Virus record (IMG/VR): IMGVR_UViG_3300034061_004620
Direction: 5' to 3' (one strand)
Length of the DNA stretch: 64,000 nucleotides
DNA from: a virus
Lineage: Duplodnaviria > Caudoviricetes
In this document: one piece after another, positions 1-9,660 of the stretch
How positions within the stretch are numbered: position 1 is the stretch's first letter
How the letters are laid out: the number at the start of each line of letters is the position of its first letter
The notes under the pieces: generated by a model
Told to the model about the DNA's origin: nothing
The model's input: only the letters and a program-made list of their open reading frames with translations
Database searches by the model: none
Program-made: the position numbers and the translations under genes

Positions 1-1
1 T

Positions 2-1609
2 AACACCACAGTACAAGTTATTACAAATAGCAATCACGGATTAAAAGTCAACAACACATTGTCGGTGGTCAACTTTAGTTGGGCAAACATTACAGGCGCT
101 CAAACTATTGCCACAGTATCAAATACCAAGGCATTTGAATATACAGTTGGCACAACTTTAGGTACTACTTCATTTGCAGCCAGTGCAGGTAATGTTTATG
201 TTAGGCCGCAAGGGGTAGCATATGCCGCTCCGGTTGATGGCGGTATTACAATGACCACAAACGACACACAACCTAATAGTCGTATCATTAGACAAAGCCG
301 TAAGTATTTTCGGTATCAGTCTGGTAAAGGTGTTCAAGTTTCGTTTGCTGTGGCATTTAATAATCCAGCACAGGCTGCAAGCAATATTCAAAACAGAGCT
401 GGTGTATACGATGATCAAAACGGTGCATTCTGGGAATGGGATGGCTCTACGTTATGGGCAGTTCGTAGATCAAGTACAAGGCAGTTGTCAGGCACAATTA
501 CTGTGACCCGAGACTCGGGGGTTTTTTCAGGCAGTGGTACAGCATTTGACACCGAACTCAAGGCCGGAGATTTCATTGTGGTAAAAGGAAACAGTTACAA
601 AGTTGTGTCGGTAAACAGTGCAACCAGTATTGATGTGGCTCCGGCCTATCGTGCAGACACATCAATTACGTCATTGTCGGGCGTTAAAGTAAGCGTCACT
701 ATTGATGCACGTATTCCACAGAGTGGGTTTAACATTGACAAGGCTGATGGTACAGGCCCAACTGGTTTCAATTTGGACATCAACAAGATTCTCATGTATT
801 ACATTGATTATGCCTGGTATGGTGCGGGTACAATCCGTTACGGTGTCAAAGATCAAGACGGTGAAATTGCCTACCTACACAAGTTTGTACACGGAAATAA
901 CAAAGTGGAAGCATACTTCCGTTCTGGTAACCTACCTGTAAGATACGAAGTGTTAAATGGAGAGACAGCACCAAGTGCACCACCTACCCTGTTCCATTGG
1001 GGTACTTCCATGATCATGGATGGTTTGTTTAACGAAGACCGCGGCTATACATTTAGTGCCACTGGACAATTAAATACTATTAACCAATTTAGTCCATATA
1101 CTATTTTGAATCTTAGATTGGCACCAACTGCGGATTCCGGCATTCCGGGCGGGTTTGGCGTAAGAGACTTGTGTAACCACATGCAAGTATGGCCGTTGAG
1201 TCTCGAAGTGGCAGCAAGTGATGCGTGTCAGATGCAAGTAATTTTAAATGGAATATTGAGTAATCCTGCACCAACCTGGATAAATGTTGGAGGTAACAGT
1301 TTGTGTCAGTACGATGATTCGGCAACATTGACCACTGGCGGTGAAATAGTATGGCAAGGAATTATACCAGCGCCAGCACCACGACAAAATGCTGTAAATT
1401 ATTCTGGTTCTCTTACTACTGGTGGAGTTAATTACAGTACCATTGTGTATGATTTATCAAAGGTAAAAGAACTTAACAACAGTTTGTTGGGTGGATTCAA
1501 CACATTCCCAGACGGCCCAGACACACTTAGTGTAGTAGTTACTCCACTTAACAATAATATTCGTGTGTTTTCAAGAGCAGTGCTACGTTGGCAGGAAAAT
1601 CAGGCCTAA
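2..1609 (+). CDS. Virion structural protein (tail/baseplate-associated), 5'-truncated by the window edge
   Basis: Frame is open from position 2 (the track start at 59 is an internal TTG). Thr/Ser/Gly-rich beta protein with RQSRKYFRYQSGKG, DKADGTGPTG and IDYAWYGAG..RSGNLPVRYE blocks seen in large myovirus virion proteins; sits among fibre genes. Confidence 0.6.
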   Translation, partial: NTTVQVITNSNHGLKVNNTLSVVNFSWANITGAQTIATVSNTKAFEYTVGTTLGTTSFAASAGNVYVRPQGVAYAAPVDGGITMTTNDTQPNSRIIRQSRKYFRYQSGKGVQVSFAVAFNNPAQAASNIQNRAGVYDDQNGAFWEWDGSTLWAVRRSSTRQLSGTITVTRDSGVFSGSGTAFDTELKAGDFIVVKGNSYKVVSVNSATSIDVAPAYRADTSITSLSGVKVSVTIDARIPQSGFNIDKADGTGPTGFNLDINKILMYYIDYAWYGAGTIRYGVKDQDGEIAYLHKFVHGNNKVEAYFRSGNLPVRYEVLNGETAPSAPPTLFHWGTSMIMDGLFNEDRGYTFSATGQLNTINQFSPYTILNLRLAPTADSGIPGGFGVRDLCNHMQVWPLSLEVAASDACQMQVILNGILSNPAPTWINVGGNSLCQYDDSATLTTGGEIVWQGIIPAPAPRQNAVNYSGSLTTGGVNYSTIVYDLSKVKELNNSLLGGFNTFPDGPDTLSVVVTPLNNNIRVFSRAVLRWQENQA

Positions 1610-1630
1610 TAGAAAAAGGAAACAAGAGCT

Positions 1631-2149
1631 ATGGCATTACAAAGAATTGATACAGCGTTTGGGCCTAATCCAATTAGATTTAATGGAAACATTCAGCCAC
1701 AAGCAAACGCAAACGTATATTTAGGCAATTTAACCTTTCGTTTTGCAACCATATATGGTGTTTCTCACAATGCCTTATATGCTGACTTGGCAGAAATGTA
1801 TACTGCAGATCAGCTGTACGGTCCGGGCACTGTGGTGCAGTTTGGCGGCACTGAAGAAATTACTCAAGCACAAGCAGGCACAACCAGAGTAGCTGGAGTA
1901 GTTTCTACTAACCCTGCTTATTTGATGAACGACAGCTTGACTGGTAGTCATATAACAGCAGTGGCGCTTATTGGGCGGGTTCCGTGCCGAGTAGTAGGTC
2001 CAGTGGAAAAAGGCGATATGCTTGTGTCGGCTGGCAACGGATTTGCAAGTGCTTGCAGCACTCCAACCATTGGATCAGTTATTGGTAAAGCATTAGAGAA
2101 ATTTGATGGCGAAACAGGTACTGTGGAAGTGGTAGTTGGCCGGTTATAA
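1631..2149 (+). CDS. Short tail-fibre-type protein with C-terminal intramolecular chaperone/autocleavage domain (peptidase G2/S74-like)
   Basis: YADLAEMY..YGPGTVV..VAGVVSTNPAYLMN..VALIGRVPC..VEVVVGRL; paralogous to the C-terminus of 4113..5372. Confidence 0.65.
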   Translation: MALQRIDTAFGPNPIRFNGNIQPQANANVYLGNLTFRFATIYGVSHNALYADLAEMYTADQLYGPGTVVQFGGTEEITQAQAGTTRVAGVVSTNPAYLMNDSLTGSHITAVALIGRVPCRVVGPVEKGDMLVSAGNGFASACSTPTIGSVIGKALEKFDGETGTVEVVVGRL

Positions 2150-2167
2150 TTTGGGCAATTTTGTAAC

Positions 2168-2196
2168 AAGGGCTCTTAGGAGCCCTTTTATTTTTT
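2168..2196 (+). terminator. Rho-independent terminator
   Basis: AAGGGCTC-ttag-GAGCCCTT followed by TTATTTTTT. Confidence 0.8.
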
Positions 2197-2199
2197 CCA

Positions 2200-2205
2200 T
2201 AAATA
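2200..2205 (+). promoter_or_regulatory. T4-type late promoter (TAAATA) within a hairpin that covers the RBS
   Basis: TAAATA 20 nt before ATG 2226; TCCATAA (2196-2202) pairs with TTATGGA (2213-2219). Confidence 0.65.
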
Positions 2206-2225
2206 CAAAATATTATGGATAAAAG

Positions 2226-4103
2226 ATGGCATTAACCCGAGCACGCCTTGCACAAGTAAACACTACCGTAGCCAGCCTGCAGGATCCTATTACACTAATT
2301 AATAGGGGCGCAGACACTGCCAATGTTGATGTTGGCTTTGTTTTTAATAGAGATGCCGGCAGTAACTCAAATGTTGCCATAATTTGGGACGAAACAAATG
2401 ATCTCTTTACTACTGTTTTCACTGATAGCACAGGTGGAACAAACAGTAATATTAACGTTGTAAACTTTGCTAACCTAAAAATAAACAATCTTTTTGCTAA
2501 TATAGGTGGCGGCACCTCGCAAGCAAACATATATGTCACAGGTTCTTTATTACCAAGTGCAAATATAACTTATGATTTAGGATCTGCTACTAACCGATTT
2601 AAAACTTTGTGGTTGGCAGGTAATACTTTGGACATAGGTGGCGAAACTATTTCTGTTGGCGAAAGCGGTACCTGGAACTTTAGTAGCAACGGCACCGTGA
2701 TCAGTTTAGGGCATTCTGCCCCCTTTAACCCTGTATCGATAAACAGTACAAGCGGTACCTTTACCATACTCACGACTACTGGTACAACAGTTTTAGCTAA
2801 TACAAGCGGTAACACAGTAGTAGCATCAACTACTCAAAGTACCGGAGCCACATTGGGTGCCTTGGTTGTAAAAGGTGGTGTAGGTATAGCCAAAGATCTT
2901 TGGGTGGATGGCAATTTGATTGTAGCAGGAACATCTACTACACTCAATACTGCAACTTTGGATGTGACTGATCTCAATGTTACATTAGCCAAAGGTGCTC
3001 CAACTGCGTTTGCTGCTGATGGTGCCGGAATTACCATTGATGGCGCTGGTGCCACGTTGTTGTACAACAATGCAAATGATGCTTTTGATTTTAATAAAGT
3101 TGTACGTGGACCAGGGTTGTATCTTACAACAGCAAATGTTACCACAGGAAACATAGTCACAGCTGATGTAGTGACACTTAATGCATCAACGGGTAACATA
3201 ACTACTCTCACTGGTTCAACTGTAAATGTGCAGTCCACCACATCAACGGTGTTGAATGTAACAACTGCCAACATTGGATCAACAATCACAGCCAGTGGCA
3301 ATATTGTTGCTGCATCGGGAACAGAAAGTGTAAGCACTACTACTGGTGCAGTAGTTGTTGTTGGCGGTGTTGGTGCCAGCGGCAATGTTACTGCATCAAA
3401 ATTGTACACCGGCGGCGGATTATTTTGGTCGGCAAACGGTGTCAGTGCGCTATCAGCAGCAGGTACTACAGCAAGCACAAGCCCACCTGGCAGTGCCAAA
3501 TACGGTGACTTATGGTACAATACCGCCACCGACGTGGTATATCAATATCTAAATGATGGTGTTAGTGACTACTGGATTGATATATCATCACAGACTATTG
3601 CAGCCAATACATCAAATGTTGTTAGTGGTAATTTAAGTATCACTGGAACATATCAAGTTGGTGGCAAACAAGCTGTCAATGGTCCTGCTTTTAGAGCCTA
3701 CATAGCTACTGAACAAGCGATCACTTCGGGCAGTCAACAAAAAGTAACATTTGGTACAGAAACATTTGATACTAACAGTAACTTTAGTTCAAGCCGCTTT
3801 ACTCCTACCATAGAAGGCTATTATCAACTCAACGCCACAGTTCGTATTGAAGGTAATTCAGGCACAGGCGAGTGTATGATCACTATATGGAAAAACGGCA
3901 GTGAATATGCTCGTGGCACCAATGAACAAGGCACTGAACAAGGTGCAAACTGGTATTCAATGCAGGTATCAGACTTGGCCTATGCCAACGGCACTGGAGA
4001 CTATTTTGAGATTTATATACAACAAGGCAGTGGTGGCAATAGAAATACAACTGCTGGCACAAACATCTCGTACTTCAGTGGCGCCATGGTAAGAGGAGCA
4101 TAA
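2226..4103 (+). CDS. Tail fibre / receptor-binding protein with C-terminal C1q/TNF-like domain
   Basis: T/G/N-rich fibre repeats (LLPSANITYDLGSATNRF, GALVVKGGVGI), a GDLWYNT module, and C-terminal AFRAY..KVTFGTETFDT..FTPTIEGYYQL..FSGAMV typical of C1q-like jelly rolls. Confidence 0.7.
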   Translation: MALTRARLAQVNTTVASLQDPITLINRGADTANVDVGFVFNRDAGSNSNVAIIWDETNDLFTTVFTDSTGGTNSNINVVNFANLKINNLFANIGGGTSQANIYVTGSLLPSANITYDLGSATNRFKTLWLAGNTLDIGGETISVGESGTWNFSSNGTVISLGHSAPFNPVSINSTSGTFTILTTTGTTVLANTSGNTVVASTTQSTGATLGALVVKGGVGIAKDLWVDGNLIVAGTSTTLNTATLDVTDLNVTLAKGAPTAFAADGAGITIDGAGATLLYNNANDAFDFNKVVRGPGLYLTTANVTTGNIVTADVVTLNASTGNITTLTGSTVNVQSTTSTVLNVTTANIGSTITASGNIVAASGTESVSTTTGAVVVVGGVGASGNVTASKLYTGGGLFWSANGVSALSAAGTTASTSPPGSAKYGDLWYNTATDVVYQYLNDGVSDYWIDISSQTIAANTSNVVSGNLSITGTYQVGGKQAVNGPAFRAYIATEQAITSGSQQKVTFGTETFDTNSNFSSSRFTPTIEGYYQLNATVRIEGNSGTGECMITIWKNGSEYARGTNEQGTEQGANWYSMQVSDLAYANGTGDYFEIYIQQGSGGNRNTTAGTNISYFSGAMVRGA

Positions 4104-4112
4104 GGATAAACA

Positions 4113-5372
4113 ATGGCATTTCCAACAACACCAACAAACGGCCAAATTGCCACAGTAAACGGAATAACATTTTCCTATAGCTCGTCTACAAACAGCTGGA
4201 CCAGAGTAAGCAGTGCTTTATACAATATCGCAAACATTGTTATTACCAGTAATGCCAACGTAGGTAATCTCAATGCAATCAACAATGTAACTGGTAGTAC
4301 TGGTAATTTTAGTGGCAATGTTTTTGCTGCAGGCGTAGTAGGAACTACCTACTACGGTCAGATTAACTTAGGTACTACCAGTGTCAACTTAGATCGTACA
4401 AGCGGAAGTCAAATCCTTAATGGCGTGGGTATTGGTGGCACTGCCGCCACTGCAACTGTTGCTATTAATAATCAAATTACAGCGAACACCAACGCCGGTA
4501 CAGCCTACATAACATTTGTAGACAAAACTTCTGGCAATGCAGGAGAAAATGCAACAACCAGCCTGACATTTAATCCAGCAACAGGCAATATTACTGCACA
4601 AGGCATGTTTACTGCCACTGGCGTATATTGGGCAGGAAATGGCGCAGCATTTGCTTCTGCACCTGGCGGAACCACTGGGCAAATACAATTTAACAATGCT
4701 TCAACATTTGCTGGTGCTGCAGGTTTGACATATTTTCCAGTATCAGGGAACTTGTATCTCTCTACAAATACTCAATCTACCAGCGTTACTACCGGAGCAT
4801 TAGTAATTGAAGGTGGACTGGGATTAGATTCTAATTTGTATATTCAAGGCTCTGCAGGAAATTCAATTGTGGCCACTGGTAATGTAAATGTACGTGGTAA
4901 TCTTGTTCCATTTGGTTGGGCATCGGGATCAGGTAACATTGGCAGTCCAGGCCGAGCCTGGAACACAGTATTTGCAAAAGCTACATCTGCTCAGTATGCT
5001 GACTTGGCAGAAAATTACATCGCAGACAGTGATTATGCTCCAGGCACTGTGTTAATTTTTGGTGGCGACAAAGAAGTTACTGTTACAGAACTTTCGCACG
5101 ATACCAGAGTAGCCGGTGTGGTATCAACTGAACCTGCATATTTAATGAACTCGATGAATGGTAATGTGCCTGTTGCATTAACTGGTAGAGTGCCGTGTTT
5201 TGTTCGCGGGCCAATTTATAAAGGATCACTATTAGTGACCAGTGACATACCAGGTGTAGCCGAAGCTATGTCTACCGGTCTTTATAGACCAGGTTGTGTA
5301 ATTGGTAAAAGTTTAGAAGAAATACAAACAAACGAAATACAAACTATCGAAGTTGTAGTAGGGAGAACATGA
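4113..5372 (+). CDS. Tail fibre protein with C-terminal chaperone/autocleavage domain
   Basis: N-terminal MAFPTTPTNGQ..WTR module, GQIQFNN and GALVIEGGLG fibre motifs, C-terminal YADLAENY..VALTGRVPC..IEVVVGR. Confidence 0.7.
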   Translation: MAFPTTPTNGQIATVNGITFSYSSSTNSWTRVSSALYNIANIVITSNANVGNLNAINNVTGSTGNFSGNVFAAGVVGTTYYGQINLGTTSVNLDRTSGSQILNGVGIGGTAATATVAINNQITANTNAGTAYITFVDKTSGNAGENATTSLTFNPATGNITAQGMFTATGVYWAGNGAAFASAPGGTTGQIQFNNASTFAGAAGLTYFPVSGNLYLSTNTQSTSVTTGALVIEGGLGLDSNLYIQGSAGNSIVATGNVNVRGNLVPFGWASGSGNIGSPGRAWNTVFAKATSAQYADLAENYIADSDYAPGTVLIFGGDKEVTVTELSHDTRVAGVVSTEPAYLMNSMNGNVPVALTGRVPCFVRGPIYKGSLLVTSDIPGVAEAMSTGLYRPGCVIGKSLEEIQTNEIQTIEVVVGRT

Positions 5373-6130
5373 TGCAAAAATTAACTAAAATTTATAGAAA
5401 AGATTATCGCGGCGAAGATGTGATTATAGATAGAATCTACAAAAATTCAGAGTGGAATCCTCGAGCTGAATTTGTACCCAAGACATTTAATTTTATCCCC
5501 GAACAACCTCGTGCAGTTGTTATTGGTAACGGAACGTCAAGGTTAGATTTTGATCTACGTATGTTCTTAGAGTATAGAGAAGGTAATTTTCAAAATTGGA
5601 AGCCAGCATCAATAAAAAGAACATTTTATACCTACGGATGTAACGCAATTTTTAGAGATTATGTGACCGACTTTATCGCAATTACTGGCGAAGGTTTATT
5701 AGATGAATTTGTTAGTACTGTACAAAGACAGGAAGTTATTGCCTACGCTAACAATCAATTTTTGTATAAACATCCATCAAAGTTTAGTTTGATTCCACAA
5801 AATCCCAATCTAAATAGCGGAGCCATTGCTTCTTATCTGGCCGCCTTTGATGGCCATAGTCAAATTTACATGTTAGGATTTGATGGTAACGATACGCCAA
5901 ATTACAATTATAATGTATATGCTAACACATCTTATTATCCAACCTTGTATGAAAACGTACAAGAAGATTTTTGGGTTAAAAGCCTGTCAACAATAATGAA
6001 AGTTTACAACGATACAGAATTTGTTAGAGTGATGCCAACCAGCAGTTCAAGAATTCCTGAACCATGGAAGTATTTTACTAATTTTAGACAAGTAAATTTT
6101 AATCAATTTGCATCTGAGATTGGTTTATAA
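5369..6130 (+). CDS. CstII/Maf (DUF115-like) glycosyltransferase-fold protein
   Basis: AVVIGNGTSR..YGCNAIFR..NSGAIASYLAAFDGHSQIYMLGFD matches the GNGPS/CN/xSG/IYLxGxD pattern of CstII and Maf sialyl-type transferases. Confidence 0.55.
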   Translation: MMQKLTKIYRKDYRGEDVIIDRIYKNSEWNPRAEFVPKTFNFIPEQPRAVVIGNGTSRLDFDLRMFLEYREGNFQNWKPASIKRTFYTYGCNAIFRDYVTDFIAITGEGLLDEFVSTVQRQEVIAYANNQFLYKHPSKFSLIPQNPNLNSGAIASYLAAFDGHSQIYMLGFDGNDTPNYNYNVYANTSYYPTLYENVQEDFWVKSLSTIMKVYNDTEFVRVMPTSSSRIPEPWKYFTNFRQVNFNQFASEIGL

Positions 6131-6545
6131 CCTGTTCCACCGTTTTAATCTTGTCGATAATTGATTTAAAGCTAAAGGTACGCCATACCCCTGGATGCAA
6201 TGGTTTTGGATGATCCTCTAAACCGGTCCAAGCATACCCGCGATGTTCGGTATTTAACCGTGGTATAAATTCGTCGTCTACAACAATCAAATAGGTATGA
6301 TATTCAAAGTTGTTGGTATCACTGGTAAATTTTTCTAAGGGTATAATTTTGGTAGTCGTAATTTGACCAATTTCTTCGCAGATTTCTCGTTGTAATCCTT
6401 CAATTGGGGTTTCATGTTGTTCCAATCCACCACCTACCAATCCCCAAGACCCTGCATGACGTTTTTGATTACGTAGTAAAAAAAGATATCTTTGAGTTGA
6501 CTTACTGTAAATTAAAGCACCACAACCTATATGATTAGACTCCAC
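6099..6545 (-). CDS. Nudix hydrolase
   Basis: Nudix box GGGLEQHETPIEGLQREICEEIG. Confidence 0.9.
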   Translation of the reverse strand: MESNHIGCGALIYSKSTQRYLFLLRNQKRHAGSWGLVGGGLEQHETPIEGLQREICEEIGQITTTKIIPLEKFTSDTNNFEYHTYLIVVDDEFIPRLNTEHRGYAWTGLEDHPKPLHPGVWRTFSFKSIIDKIKTVEQVINQSQMQID

Positions 6546-7882
6546 TCACCACCTCGATAAACACCTTCTACACTCTTGACCCACTCCTCACCAGTCCATC
6601 TGTACTGTGTGTTGGTATTGGTATTGGTTACATATTCTATTTGATCGTTAGCTGCACTGTTAAATACCACTGTCCACTGCGAGCCATTGTATTCTATTAT
6701 ATCGTTCTGATACGCAACTATTTCACCCCATTCGCTGTAAAACTGATTTTCAGCTGATCCAACATTGTCTGTAAGCAGGTATCTTGTACCTGCTGTGGGT
6801 GTTAGTAGAGCACTGTCAACATCTATGTTCAAAGGATTAATGATAGCATCAACTGGATCTATAGTATTCAAGGGCATGGTATCTTCAATTGCCGTGAACA
6901 AAAGAATGTTTGGATCCGATGGGTGATAGGTAATTGATCCTATCAGTTCGTTGCCAGTGGGCAATTCTATTCTGATTTCACTTTGCCCAGTTACCAGACT
7001 ACCATAAATGTCAATAAAAGCACGCCATGTATCTGGAGCACCCACATTGGTAATGTTTGCTTGATCGTCTACCACTTCCTGCGGTTTCAGCAAGCGCAAT
7101 TGATTACCAGCAAAGAATATGCCATAGTTCATAGGAGTTACTCGAACTCTACTTACCAAATTAGATAACACTGTTTCTTCACTGAATGCGCCTTGCTCGT
7201 CGTAAATGTTAGCGATGAATTTTTGTATCACACCAAGACGTTTGACCTTGGCCGGTGCACTGATCCAGATTGGCATTTCAAAAGTCAATGTTGCAACATC
7301 AATTGGTTCTTCAGTGCTGGTTGGAATAGTGCGCGAACTCCACATCATCTCGGTCAATTGCACGTAAGTTAAACTGGTCCAATCTATATAATTGTCAGTG
7401 CTTTGTATTTCCAGACTGGGATTGAACAGCACAGCCAATTGTTCAATGATCTGCATTTTTTGTTCGGTATTACTGGTCCATATATCTAACTTTGCTGTAA
7501 GTTTGTAAGGAACCGGCATCAAGCGTTCAATAGTGTAACTGTCACCTTGATTGGAGTTATACAAACCGGTATCAGGATCAAATTCACGTTCACGCAAATG
7601 CATCTTGCTTACAAAGTTTGGCTCTTGCATGCGAGCTTGATCGTAATTTAAACCGTCGATGTAGACAGCCATTGCAGGAACTGCATTCAGTGTATTCTCG
7701 CTGTTACCCTTGAGTATTACAGCAGCCTGTCTACTTTGGTCTCCATAGTACACTGGTACACGTTGCAAAGATCTCACGCCTTGACTGTTTTTACCAAATT
7801 CCACATCAATTCCGCTCACAATTCGCATGAATTGAACCAAGAATCTACGTAACTGACCATCATAAAAAAATTGTTGAGCCAT
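6527..7882 (-). CDS. gp15: Tail terminator / sheath stabiliser, T4 gp15-like, with C-terminal extension
   Basis: N-terminal QFFYDGQLRRF..VPVYYG and MPVPYKL..LDIWT..QIIEQL..FNP pattern of gp15; adjacent to gp14. Confidence 0.7.
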   Translation of the reverse strand: MAQQFFYDGQLRRFLVQFMRIVSGIDVEFGKNSQGVRSLQRVPVYYGDQSRQAAVILKGNSENTLNAVPAMAVYIDGLNYDQARMQEPNFVSKMHLREREFDPDTGLYNSNQGDSYTIERLMPVPYKLTAKLDIWTSNTEQKMQIIEQLAVLFNPSLEIQSTDNYIDWTSLTYVQLTEMMWSSRTIPTSTEEPIDVATLTFEMPIWISAPAKVKRLGVIQKFIANIYDEQGAFSEETVLSNLVSRVRVTPMNYGIFFAGNQLRLLKPQEVVDDQANITNVGAPDTWRAFIDIYGSLVTGQSEIRIELPTGNELIGSITYHPSDPNILLFTAIEDTMPLNTIDPVDAIINPLNIDVDSALLTPTAGTRYLLTDNVGSAENQFYSEWGEIVAYQNDIIEYNGSQWTVVFNSAANDQIEYVTNTNTNTQYRWTGEEWVKSVEGVYRGGEWSLII

Positions 7883-9267
7883 TAGTTATCTGCCTTTGGT
7901 CTAAGTGCCTGACTTAAACTTTGTCTAATTGTAACATTGCCGGTGTTGTTGACATAAGTTTCGGTATTGTTAACAAAGCCGCTGCGTTGTGTCTTGTTGT
8001 CTGCACCAAGGGTGAGTGTTGTGCGTACATTGTCTTCAATCTTGACCCATCTACGACCCTCCCATCTAAATAGCCTGTTAGGCAAATAGTCGGTTCTTAA
8101 TGCATAATCACCAATTTGCGGATTGACAGGAAAGGCTATACCGGTGGTCATTGGCAAGCCGTTTGGCGGCCCTCCTACACCAGTTAGATAACCATGTACA
8201 GTATCGTCTGGTGACAAAATACCCGTATCTGTTCCTATGATCCCAGTGTCGCCGGTTACTGCATCGCTATCTGTTGTGATTCCGGCAGGATCGCCAGGCG
8301 CCTCATCAACTGTTTTAGATTTAATATAAAGATGGCTGATATCATAACCACTGTAAGGTACATTGGTTTCTGCTTCTTCAAGAATAGCATTGTTGATGGT
8401 TTGGTACTTGCTGATAATACTGGAAACAGAGCCTAATGAAATATTACCCAAAGTTGGATCACCCTCAGGAGCATCAACTTTGATCTGATTGAGAATGTCT
8501 TTGTATTCTTGACTGTCAGTCAACGGATTAATCTTGCAACGCCATAAATGCGGCCACCAGGTAGGACTAAATCCTTCAGAAGCATTGTTACAGTCGCTTA
8601 TTACATAAAATCTTTTCAGTGCCACTGGTAACGTGTCGTCCAGCGGATAATAGTCTTTGAGATGCATGAGTTCAATGACATCGCCAGGCATCAACTTGCG
8701 TCCTATTGTTTCAATCATGTCGTTGATATGAAAAACTATAAACAAGGTACCTGTTTGCAAGAACATACCAAATTGGCTAAGATCAAAGGTTACATCTTGT
8801 GTTTGATAGATACCACGCATGGCATACACGCTGGTATCATATTTTCTATCGCGATTTTCTAAGAAAAACAGATCTTGAATGTTTTGTGCGCTTTGATTGA
8901 TATAACTTGGTTTACTGGCATTTTCATAAAACTTTACAGTTGAATTACTGGTCAGCGCAGTAGTGGTATTTGAGCTCAATGTCACTGTGTTTGCGGTTTT
9001 TGCAATTACAGTTGTGTTGGCTGCTATACCAGTACCAACAACAAAGTTACCAAGCATGACATCGCCTGTAGCGCCAAAATTCAAAATTGGACTTGCATTT
9101 GCTTGAGATACTGAAGTGATTTTTACCGTGTTCTGTTCGTTTATACCAAGATATTTGTGAACCAAAATACCAGTGCCGCCCAGAGTAAACATTTCGCTTA
9201 TTCTGCGATCAAAAAATTTATAGTCGTTGCTGTGACGTCCGTCTTTCCAAAGTGATAATCTTGGCAC
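7882..9267 (-). CDS. gp14: Neck protein, T4 gp14-like (GTG start)
   Basis: FDLSQFGMFLQ..FHINDM..GRKLMPGDVIEL motif; SD (AGGA) and TAAATA upstream on the minus strand. Confidence 0.65.
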   Translation of the reverse strand: MPRLSLWKDGRHSNDYKFFDRRISEMFTLGGTGILVHKYLGINEQNTVKITSVSQANASPILNFGATGDVMLGNFVVGTGIAANTTVIAKTANTVTLSSNTTTALTSNSTVKFYENASKPSYINQSAQNIQDLFFLENRDRKYDTSVYAMRGIYQTQDVTFDLSQFGMFLQTGTLFIVFHINDMIETIGRKLMPGDVIELMHLKDYYPLDDTLPVALKRFYVISDCNNASEGFSPTWWPHLWRCKINPLTDSQEYKDILNQIKVDAPEGDPTLGNISLGSVSSIISKYQTINNAILEEAETNVPYSGYDISHLYIKSKTVDEAPGDPAGITTDSDAVTGDTGIIGTDTGILSPDDTVHGYLTGVGGPPNGLPMTTGIAFPVNPQIGDYALRTDYLPNRLFRWEGRRWVKIEDNVRTTLTLGADNKTQRSGFVNNTETYVNNTGNVTIRQSLSQALRPKADN

Positions 9268-9287
9268 AATTGTATCCTGTTATTTTA

Positions 9288-9293
9288 TATTTA
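9288..9293 (-). promoter_or_regulatory. Late promoter TAAATA for the gp14-gp15-Nudix operon
   Basis: Reverse strand reads GCTAAATATAAAATAACAGGATACAATT-GTG. Confidence 0.65.
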
Positions 9294-9306
9294 GCGGACT
9301 CCTACT

Positions 9307-9335
9307 TTGACATAAATTAGGGTATACTATATAAT
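9307..9335 (+). promoter_or_regulatory. Sigma70-type early promoter
   Basis: TTGACA-17 nt-TATAAT, perfect consensus; ATG 9343 lies 7 nt after the -10 box. Confidence 0.85.
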
Positions 9336-9342
9336 ACACACA

Positions 9343-9624
9343 ATGAGTGAATTTAAAAGTTTACACGACTGGCAAGAAATTGAAACGCAAATCAAGCGTT
9401 CGTTATGGTCCTTGTACAATTTACAGCACAAACGAGAGCTGGAACGCATGTACAAAAACTTAATGAACACTGTGACTGATTTGAGCCGAGCAGATGTAGA
9501 CAGACGCAGGTATGGGCATAGCATTAAGTATGACGAACAGTTAGCAAAAGTGCAACAACAGTTGCAAGAATTGCAATCCTGGCTCATGTTTGCAACACTA
9601 CTTGACGAAAAACCCAAAGAATAG
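9343..9624 (+). CDS. Hypothetical early protein (93 aa, helical)
   Basis: ORF directly behind a perfect sigma70 promoter, with no SD. Confidence 0.65.
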   Translation: MSEFKSLHDWQEIETQIKRSLWSLYNLQHKRELERMYKNLMNTVTDLSRADVDRRRYGHSIKYDEQLAKVQQQLQELQSWLMFATLLDEKPKE

Positions 9625-9630
9625 TATAAT
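9602..9630 (+). promoter_or_regulatory. Sigma70-type promoter embedded in the 3' end of the upstream ORF
   Basis: TTGACG-17 nt-TATAAT. Confidence 0.8.
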
Positions 9631-9660
9631 TGTAAAGTTGTAAATATCAAGGAGCCTGCT

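Noticed and set aside
2213-4696. Long antisense ORFs (e.g. 2834..3529 minus strand; similar ones at 13621-16338, 22554-25904, 26241-26711)
   Set aside because: Shadows of low-complexity, codon-biased sense genes; no RBS, promoter or recognisable motifs.
1778-5013. Diversity-generating retroelement (TR/VR pair) in fibre genes
   Set aside because: Only a 19-bp identity within paralogous chaperone domains; no adenine-specific mismatch pattern and no reverse transcriptase in the window.
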